Source: Bryobacterales bacterium (GTDB lineage: Bacteria > Acidobacteriota > Terriglobia > Bryobacterales > UBA6623). Taken from it: a stretch of DNA of 64,000 nucleotides. The number at the start of each line of letters is the position of its first letter. Within the stretch, counting starts at the first letter, position 1. Below, piece by piece: positions 57,674 through 64,000 of the stretch. Below the pieces are notes generated by a model. It saw only the letters and a list, made by a program, of their open reading frames with translations, was not told the DNA's origin and searched no databases. A program made the translations under genes and the position numbers. The stretch is from positions 1,672,884 through 1,736,883 of the forward strand of contig CBDBKU010000003.1 of the NCBI GenBank assembly GCA_965206775.1. The letters run 5' to 3'.

Positions 57674-59080
57674 CTAGACGCCCTCGAGTCGCAGGAATTC
57701 TCGGGCGTTGCTGAAGCACAGCCTCTGGACCAGCCCGCCGACGAGGTTTTCGTCGTTGGGAATCTCGCCATTTGCCATGTCCCGGCCGAGCAGGTTGCAC
57801 AGCACGCGACGGAAGTACTCGTGGCGCGGATACGACATGAAGGACCTCGAATCGGTCAGCATGCCCACGAAGCGAGACAGCAGGCCGACATTGGAGAGGC
57901 AGTTCAACTGCCATTCCATGGCCTCCTTTTGGTCTAGGTACCACCATCCCGACCCGAACTGCATCTTGCCCGCGATCACGCCGTCCTGGAAGTTGCCCAG
58001 CATCGTCGCGAACGTGTAGTTGTCATTCGGGTTGTTGTTGTAGAGGATCATGCGCGGCAGCGCATCCTCGCGGTCGAGGCGGTCCATGTACCTTCCGAGA
58101 GACTGGACCTGTGGCCAGTCCCCGATCGAGTCGAATCCGGAGTCTGCCCCGGCCGCCTGGAAGCCGCGGGTGTTGTTATTGCGCCGCGCGCCGAGGTGCA
58201 TCTGCTTCGTCCAGCCCTTCGCAGCGTCGAGCTGGCCGAAATAAAGCATCATGAAGGAGGCAAACTGGACATGCTCCGGGGCCGAGGCGGGGTTTCCGTC
58301 GCGAGCCGACTCGAAAATGGCCTCGGCGGTCGACTCCGCAGGGAAGTCGCTGTACACGTAGTCGAGCCCGTGATCCGACAGCCGGCAGCCCATCAAGTGG
58401 AAGAAGTCGTGCCTCTGCTCCAGCGCACCCAGAAAGTCCTGAAGCGACCGGATCTCCCGATTCGCCGACGCCTCTAGCGCAGCAACCCACGGATTGAACA
58501 GTTCCGGCCGGTCCACAGCGAGCGCCTTGTCCGGACGGAACGCCGGGTAGACCTTGGTCTCCAGGTCGGAGTTGGCGATCGCTTCGTGATGGGCGAGATC
58601 GTCAGTCGGATCGTCTGTGGTGCAAACGGCCCGCACGTCGAACTTGCGCAGGATTCCGAACACCCTCAGATCGCTGGTTGCAAGTTGTTCGTTTGCAAGA
58701 TTCCAGACGGCTGCGGCGTTGGACTCGTCGAGCAATCCGTCGAAGCCGAAATACCGTTTGAGCTCCAGATGGCTCCAGTGGTAGAGCGGGTTGCGGAGCG
58801 TGCCTGGCGTGGTCCGGGCCCACGCCAGGAACTTCCGGTAAGGATCCGCATCGCCCGTGCAGTAGGCTTCGCCGACGCCGTTAGCGCGCATCGCCCGCCA
58901 CTTGTAGTGGTCGCCCTCGAGCCAGATCTCAAATAGGTTTCGGAACTGGCGATTCGAAGCGAGGTCCTCCGGCGGCAGATGGCAGTGGTAGTCAAGAATC
59001 GGCTGGTCCTTCGCGTAGGTGTGGTACAGCCGCTTGGCCTGTTCTGTACTGAGGAGAAAGTCTTCGTGGATAAATGACAT
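57674..59080 (-). CDS. uxaC: Glucuronate isomerase
   Basis: The start at 59080 gives MSFIHEDFLLSTEQAKRLYH...PILDYHCHL...DHYKWRAMRANG, which is canonical UxaC. The ORF-track start at 59212 adds an implausible Arg/Ser-rich extension. Confidence 0.9.
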   Translation of the reverse strand: MSFIHEDFLLSTEQAKRLYHTYAKDQPILDYHCHLPPEDLASNRQFRNLFEIWLEGDHYKWRAMRANGVGEAYCTGDADPYRKFLAWARTTPGTLRNPLYHWSHLELKRYFGFDGLLDESNAAAVWNLANEQLATSDLRVFGILRKFDVRAVCTTDDPTDDLAHHEAIANSDLETKVYPAFRPDKALAVDRPELFNPWVAALEASANREIRSLQDFLGALEQRHDFFHLMGCRLSDHGLDYVYSDFPAESTAEAIFESARDGNPASAPEHVQFASFMMLYFGQLDAAKGWTKQMHLGARRNNNTRGFQAAGADSGFDSIGDWPQVQSLGRYMDRLDREDALPRMILYNNNPNDNYTFATMLGNFQDGVIAGKMQFGSGWWYLDQKEAMEWQLNCLSNVGLLSRFVGMLTDSRSFMSYPRHEYFRRVLCNLLGRDMANGEIPNDENLVGGLVQRLCFSNAREFLRLEGV

Positions 59081-59130
59081 CCGGTCGCTCCGGCGCAATT
59101 CCCATGATACGCGCCGCTGGCCGCGACCGG

Positions 59131-59514
59131 TCAGCGTAGCGGGGTCAGCGTCTTCGACCAGAACAGCAGAACGGTGAGAAGGCCCGCTGCGAGACCGAGA
59201 CCGGTAGTCCACGACACGCCAGCGCCCGCTAGCGGGAACAGTGCGTCCAGGCTGGTTGCCGCGTCATTCCACCAGAATGCCGCCAGTGTCGCGATGGTCC
59301 AGAGCACGAGGATCTCGGACCACGATTCAATTGCGGCGACCTTCGCCTGTCTCCGGTTCCGCGCATCGATTCTGGCCATCAGCAGAAGGAAGGTCAGGTC
59401 AGGGAGCTGGTCGCGCTGCGCTTCGATCTCGCACGCGAAGTCCGCCTGCATGAGAGCTTCCAAGCCTTCGTCCCCGTCGGCGGGTTGAAGCTGCAAATCT
59501 CGAAGCATCGTCAC
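59131..59514 (-). CDS. Putative anti-sigma factor / membrane protein cotranscribed with ECF sigma
   Basis: Its GTG start overlaps the sigma-factor stop codon (GTGA). It has a short cytoplasmic N-terminus followed by 2-3 transmembrane segments. I recognised no family. Confidence 0.5.
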   Translation of the reverse strand: MTMLRDLQLQPADGDEGLEALMQADFACEIEAQRDQLPDLTFLLLMARIDARNRRQAKVAAIESWSEILVLWTIATLAAFWWNDAATSLDALFPLAGAGVSWTTGLGLAAGLLTVLLFWSKTLTPLR

Positions 59515-60035
59515 GCGCTCGCCTCTTTGGGACCCTGGCCTGGCCGGGTTAGGCGATCCGATAGCTTCTTCCTAGCCCGAAACGCCAGAACCCGAACGCT
59601 GGCCGCGTTGAGATTCATGATTCTAGCAACCTCCCTGTGAGAAAAGCCTTCTGCGTACAGCAGCCACAGCAGTTGCTGCTCGCGCTTTGACAGAGTTTGA
59701 AGCGCATCTCGTAGGCCGAGATTCTCGGCCACCGGAGTTTCCGGCTCGGCCGCCGCAGGATCTGATTCCGGCCTCTCGAATCTGTTGCGCCTTTGCAGCC
59801 CGCGACCGTGGTCCGCGATGACATTCGACGCGATCCTGTATAGATATGCTCGAGCTTCCGGCGCTTCTGGAGTGCTCGCCATCCGGCTTCCTAGGAACTT
59901 GACATAGGTGTTCTGGAAGAGGTCGTCGGCGGAGTCCCGATCGCTGCAATGGCGGAGGATGTAGCCACGGATAGGAGCCGCAGTGGCCTCGTAGAACCGT
60001 CCGAGCGCATCCTCCCTTGAGACAAGCTTCTCCAT
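59511..60035 (-). CDS. ECF-type RNA polymerase sigma-70 factor
   Basis: 174 aa from the ATG at 60035. Region 2 reads DDLFQNTYVKFL and YLYRIASNVIADHGR. Region 4 reads LSKREQQLLWLLYAEGFSHREVARIMNLNAASVRVLAFRARKKL. Confidence 0.85.
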   Translation of the reverse strand: MEKLVSREDALGRFYEATAAPIRGYILRHCSDRDSADDLFQNTYVKFLGSRMASTPEAPEARAYLYRIASNVIADHGRGLQRRNRFERPESDPAAAEPETPVAENLGLRDALQTLSKREQQLLWLLYAEGFSHREVARIMNLNAASVRVLAFRARKKLSDRLTRPGQGPKEASA

Positions 60036-60064
60036 GAGTCCCGGCCTGGCGCGTTGCGGCGGGG

Positions 60065-60568
60065 CTAGAGGCCGTCCGTGTCTGCGCCTGCGGAAGCACG
60101 CATGCTGCTGGTCTTCTCTCTTTCGCCATCGCTCACTCCATCGCCGCCTCGCTCCTCGACGCGCCACATCACGTAGGTGGCCAGCGACAGGCCAAGGCCC
60201 ACCGACCCCAAGACAAGCGCGGGAACAAGAAAGTCATCGTCCTCCACCCAGCCGAGAATGAAGAAGCCAACCCCCATGGAAGTCAGAATGGATGCCGGGA
60301 TCAATAATCCTCTCCACATCTTCTTCGGCGGTTCGTCGTTCTCCAGGGCAAGCGCTTGGGCAAGCCTCGATCCCTCGGGGCCTTGGATGGCCTGGGCGAA
60401 GGCTTCGCCGGTCGAGAACTTGTCGATCATCTGACGGACGATTTCTGCCTGTCGCTCCTTCTCTTTCCTCCGAGTGGCATGGCTGAACCAAACCAGAAGC
60501 ACGACCATTGCCATGGTGCCGAGCGGCACTAGGATTGGTACCAGCAATGCCAATGTTCCTGCGAGCAT
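60065..60568 (-). CDS. Membrane protein, first gene of the ECF sigma operon
   Basis: 167 aa. A strong ribosome-binding site (GGAGGA) lies 5 nt upstream of the ATG. It has an N-terminal transmembrane segment, a charged helix and two more transmembrane segments. I could not assign a family with confidence. Confidence 0.6.
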   Translation of the reverse strand: MLAGTLALLVPILVPLGTMAMVVLLVWFSHATRRKEKERQAEIVRQMIDKFSTGEAFAQAIQGPEGSRLAQALALENDEPPKKMWRGLLIPASILTSMGVGFFILGWVEDDDFLVPALVLGSVGLGLSLATYVMWRVEERGGDGVSDGEREKTSSMRASAGADTDGL

Positions 60569-60627
60569 CTTTTCCTCCTACTCACCTGTATGCAAGTGCG
60601 TCCGGCTCACTCCCGGACCCTCTTCCA

Positions 60628-60653
60628 TTACGTCCGAGATCCGGAAAGGTTAA
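60628..60653 (-). promoter_or_regulatory. Candidate ECF-type promoter (TTAACC-N15-CGTAA) upstream of the ECF operon
   Basis: On the minus strand the sequence reads GGTTAACCtttccggatctcggaCGTAA. This has the AAC (-35) and CGT (-10) hallmarks of ECF promoters and lies about 60 nt upstream of the first ORF. Confidence 0.3.
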
Positions 60654-60759
60654 CCGGAATCGTCATCCCGAAGACCTTTGCCAGCATAGGCTGGACTCGG
60701 ACCGGGATAGATCGAGGTGCGCCGGATCCCAGCGCGTGCGGAGGAGCAGCCTGTTTCCC

Positions 60760-61896
60760 TCACAAGTCCGCAACCGTCAAGTCGATCAGCGTGTCGACCA
60801 CCTGCCTTAGGGCTTCCTCGTTCGTCGAACCCGAGCGTCTAGCTTCATCGTACGTCTCAAGCTGCGCGTGGGCGCTCGTGCCGTTCCGGGTTATTTCTCT
60901 AGCGTGCGCGATCTCGTTCCAGCAGTCGAAGAACTCCGCGTCCTGCCGCAGCAGGCCCAGCAGCTCTTCAAAAAGGTCGGCGCATGGGACGATCTCTCCA
61001 CGTCCGAAGTCCACCAATCCCTCGTCGATCCCGTATCGCTGCGCTCGCCATCGATTCTCGTCGACGAGCATTCGAACGTAGACGCGCCAGCGCTGGTTGT
61101 CACGGCGCAGCCGGTATAGCATGCGGCACAGGCAACGAAACAGAGATGCGCAGCATATCGCGTCCTCCAGCCGTGTGCAAACGTCGGTGATCCGCATCTC
61201 CAGGGTGGGGAACCGAGCGCTTGGACGGATGTCCCACCAGATCTTCGTGGCATCCTCGAGAACGCGAGATCCGATCATCAAGTCGACCGCACGCTGGTAT
61301 TCTCCGTAGCTTTCGAAGCGTTCCGGCAGGCCCGTGCGCGGCAATTCGTCAAAAACGCACAAGCGGTACGACTTGAGGCCGGTGTTGGTCCCTTCCCAGA
61401 ACGGCGAAGAGGTGCTCAGTGCCAGAAGGTGGGGCAGGAAGTAGGTGACCTGATTCAGGATGTCGATCCGGAGGTCGTTGTCGTCGATGCCGACGTGGAC
61501 GTGCATGCCGCCGATCAGCAGCCGGTTCGCCACGACCTGCATGTCCCGTTGCAGGACTTCGTACCGTTCCTTTTCGGTGTGCTTCTGGTCCTTCCATTCC
61601 GCGAACGGGTGTGTCGAGGAAGCGATCGGAGCCAAGCCATGGTTCCCGGCGATTTCCGCGACAGTGCGCCGCAAGTGGCTCAGGTTGGCCCGCACCTCGG
61701 CTATCGAATTGCAAACCGACGTACCGACCTCGATCTGGGTGCGCAGGAACTCCCGGCTGAAGTGGCCGCCGAGCCGGGTCTCGTACGCGTCGATGAGCGA
61801 TGGCGGAGGTTCGCTCACCAAGTTTCTCGATTGGCGGTCGACGAGCAGGTACTCCTCTTCGATCCCGATCGTGAAACTCGGCTCCGGGACCGGCAT
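60760..61896 (-). CDS. Carboxylate-amine ligase, glutamate-cysteine ligase family 2 (YbdK-like)
   Basis: The start at 61896 gives MPVPEPSFTIGIEEEYLLVD, the GCS2 N-terminal signature, and the length is as expected. The start codon overlaps the upstream stop codon (TGATG). Confidence 0.85.
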   Translation of the reverse strand: MPVPEPSFTIGIEEEYLLVDRQSRNLVSEPPPSLIDAYETRLGGHFSREFLRTQIEVGTSVCNSIAEVRANLSHLRRTVAEIAGNHGLAPIASSTHPFAEWKDQKHTEKERYEVLQRDMQVVANRLLIGGMHVHVGIDDNDLRIDILNQVTYFLPHLLALSTSSPFWEGTNTGLKSYRLCVFDELPRTGLPERFESYGEYQRAVDLMIGSRVLEDATKIWWDIRPSARFPTLEMRITDVCTRLEDAICCASLFRCLCRMLYRLRRDNQRWRVYVRMLVDENRWRAQRYGIDEGLVDFGRGEIVPCADLFEELLGLLRQDAEFFDCWNEIAHAREITRNGTSAHAQLETYDEARRSGSTNEEALRQVVDTLIDLTVADL

Positions 61897-62723
61897 CAAC
61901 GATCCTCGGCCATGGGCTGGAAATTCGCCAAGGCGCACTCGAGTGCATCGCCGAGCATATCGGCGTATTTCGCAACACCGCTCTCGTGCCGGATCAGGTC
62001 CTCCCGTATTTCAACCAGCGCGCTCGGGAGTCCCTTGGACGATGCGTGAAACTCTTGGGAGAAATCGAAATGATCGCGGCCGGAGTAGGGTTGATTGTCT
62101 CCCACGTAGATCCCCCCGTTGTTCCGCAGGGCCTCGATCAGCGGTACCGCGACACGAGGGTCTTCGTCCCAGAGCACTCCGTAGTGCCAAGGACGCGGCG
62201 GCCCCCCCTCTATCTTGGCCGTGAAGCTGTGTACGGCCACGTAGACCGGCGTTACGCCTGTCCGACGGAAGCCCTCTAGGACGCCCGAGATTGCTTCGTG
62301 ATACGGCCGGAACAGCTCTTCCCTCCGTCGGGACGCGTCGGCCGATCCGATGCCGATATTACCCGGAACCGCGGTCCCGTCGCTCGTTTCCACGATGGAT
62401 GATTCGGACTCGGGCGCCCGGTTGCAATCGATGACGAGGCGCGAGTAGCCGGAGAGCACGGCCGGCGAGTCGAACCGCCTACCGAGCCTCAGCGTTACCT
62501 CCGCTGCGCCGATATCCCAGCCGATGTGCCGTCGCAGGTCCCTCGGACCCAGACCGAGGTTGCCAAGGCATTTCGGTACGGCGTGCGAGGCGTGGTCGCA
62601 CGTGAACACCAAGGGCACGCCGCCATCGGCGTTCTCAATGCGGTAAGGCGATGGCTCGTCCCTGGCCAGTAGCTTCGCTCTCTGACTCGAGTGACCGTTC
62701 GTTCGCTCGACATTCCAATTCAT
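61896..62723 (-). CDS. N-formylglutamate amidohydrolase family protein
   Basis: 275 aa with FTCDHASHAVP, YSRLVIDCNR, VHSFT and LVEIREDLI, which match the FGase (PF05013) motifs. Confidence 0.85.
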   Translation of the reverse strand: MNWNVERTNGHSSQRAKLLARDEPSPYRIENADGGVPLVFTCDHASHAVPKCLGNLGLGPRDLRRHIGWDIGAAEVTLRLGRRFDSPAVLSGYSRLVIDCNRAPESESSIVETSDGTAVPGNIGIGSADASRRREELFRPYHEAISGVLEGFRRTGVTPVYVAVHSFTAKIEGGPPRPWHYGVLWDEDPRVAVPLIEALRNNGGIYVGDNQPYSGRDHFDFSQEFHASSKGLPSALVEIREDLIRHESGVAKYADMLGDALECALANFQPMAEDR

Positions 62724-62778
62724 CTGCGTTGGTCCATCGATCGTGCAGTGCGTGCCCGAGGCCGGGGGGGGATTCCGG

Positions 62779-64000
62779 TTAGGATGCCAGGAATAGGGGC
62801 TCGATGTGCCTCGCGAACAGGTTCTCCGTCACGTTTCTCGAAATCGACTCCTCGCACTCGCCTAGCATGCCGAGGTAGCGGTCGCCCATCTTGGCAGCAA
62901 TCTTGTATCCGACGTGCAGCAGCTGGCGGAAGTGCGCGTTGTACTCCGGGCAGCTCTGGTCGTGTCGTAGTGCGGCTGTGTACTGGGCTGACTCCCAGCC
63001 GGCCACTTCCGCCGGCGCTGGAAGGAGTTGAGGGTCGATGTCAATCACAGCGGCGTATGGCGCGCACAGCGACTCTCGCGCGGCGTAAGCCGCGGAGTAG
63101 ACGTCCTTGGCTAGGACCAGCCCCGCTCCTCCGGCCTCGGCCAACCCAATGAGCTCCTCCAGCCAGTTCGTGCCGGCCGTCTTGACATGCACGCCGGCTC
63201 CAAATCGCCGCGTTCCCTCCCGGATGGCCTCGTATATCGAGAACTTGTCGGAGCCCGAATGGACGCTCAGCTTGAGGCCTTCGGGCAATCCGTAGCTACC
63301 GATGGCGTGCCGGATCACGGCGATGTCGTCGGCGAATTCCTTGCTGAACTGGGCTTGGTCGCCGACATAGTCGACACCCTTGTTGAACCGGCCGGTGAAC
63401 TTGGGCGCGATGGTTTGGATGGGAATGCCTTCGTCGGCGATCGCCGCAAGGATGACGAGCAACTCCGCAGGCGTTTGCGGGTTGTCGGTCTCGTCCATCG
63501 AGACCTCCGTGATGAAGCTGCCGCGACCCTTGGCGGACTCGATGTGCCTGTAAATCCGGCCCGCCTCCTGTACGGCAAACAGGAACTGAGCGGCGCATCG
63601 CTCGACGCTTTCGCGCGTGCTTGCGAAGGGCTCATCGATGCCGTCAATTTCGATCGTTCCGATCAGCTCGGAATGGGAACGGATCAGCGCGTCAATAGCT
63701 GACGGTTCGGCTGGCTGGCCGATCGTGTAAGCCACGTCGAGAGTGAAGAAGTCGCTCGTGTCGAGATAGCCGTCGACAGTGTCAAGGTTGATGTGATCGG
63801 CGTCAACGTAGTACGGCTTGGACCAAGCGAGGTCAACTACGGCCTCGTCCGCGGCATCGCGGACGCTAGGAGGCTGAGTGCCCACGGTCAGATGCTCGCG
63901 GTGCGACTTGTTCCAGGTAGGAATCACTTCAACGCCACGCTCGGCGGCCATCATGCAAGCGCGCAGTTGGGGTTTTGCCTGGTGGGCGAATCGGTCGCCG
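62779..64000 (-). CDS. UxaE-like tagaturonate/fructuronate epimerase family protein, 5' end outside window
   Basis: The frame stays open to the window edge (GDRFAHQAKPQLRAC...). The motifs YVDADHINL, HVKTAGTNWLEE and FRQLLHVGYKIA resemble the UxaE family as I recall it. This assignment is moderate only. Confidence 0.5.
   Translation of the reverse strand, partial: GDRFAHQAKPQLRACMMAAERGVEVIPTWNKSHREHLTVGTQPPSVRDAADEAVVDLAWSKPYYVDADHINLDTVDGYLDTSDFFTLDVAYTIGQPAEPSAIDALIRSHSELIGTIEIDGIDEPFASTRESVERCAAQFLFAVQEAGRIYRHIESAKGRGSFITEVSMDETDNPQTPAELLVILAAIADEGIPIQTIAPKFTGRFNKGVDYVGDQAQFSKEFADDIAVIRHAIGSYGLPEGLKLSVHSGSDKFSIYEAIREGTRRFGAGVHVKTAGTNWLEELIGLAEAGGAGLVLAKDVYSAAYAARESLCAPYAAVIDIDPQLLPAPAEVAGWESAQYTAALRHDQSCPEYNAHFRQLLHVGYKIAAKMGDRYLGMLGECEESISRNVTENLFARHIEPLFLAS

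Noticed and set aside
1-64000. A scan for CRISPR arrays, rRNA and tRNA genes
   Set aside because: I saw no regularly spaced direct repeats of 25-40 bp, no T-loop GGTTCGAATCC-type sequence in a cloverleaf context, and no rRNA-like segment. This was a by-eye scan, so small or degenerate elements could have been missed.

Overview
High-GC bacterial chromosomal window. The gene content (PSCyt/DUF1549/DUF1553, DUF1501, DUF1552 and DUF1592-type proteins, a plug-less TonB-receptor-like barrel, many sulfatase and phosphatase superfamily genes) suggests an Acidobacteria- or Planctomycetes-like soil organism; that placement is inference only. About 50 protein genes are supported. They include two CxPxR sulfatases, rmlD, sat-cysH-cysC, a CaCA antiporter, mutS2, smpB, sppA, efp, a deoxy-sugar-acid catabolic cluster, gcvT-H-PA-PB, higBA, a BshA-like glycosyltransferase, proC, uxaC and an ECF sigma module. 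They also include a secretin with two pseudopilins, and a carboxylate-amine ligase coupled to an N-formylglutamate amidohydrolase. I saw no rRNA, tRNA, tmRNA or CRISPR array. The most notable items follow. (1) A 242-bp MITE-like element with 10-bp terminal inverted repeats and an AACT duplication splits a PhoX phosphatase gene, which keeps six 11-bp-phased Pho-box-like repeats upstream. (2) Next to it is an insertion-sequence (IS) hotspot: an IS1634-like element carrying a second IS nested 25 bp from its right end, with a TGAAT duplication and a +1 frameshifted transposase, plus an older transposase remnant. (3) A secretin is fused through a Pro/Ala linker to a C-terminal cohesin-like domain. 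It sits with two GspG-like pseudopilins, one carrying an FG/RD-rich insert, and no ATPase or platform gene. (4) A DUF1592-type/DUF1552 pair is split by about 6 kb that holds a DUF1549-1553/DUF1501 pair and a decayed ATPase gene. I found no clearly new multi-gene system such as a defence island. All calls rest on reading the translations and DNA by eye and need HMM or covariance-model confirmation.
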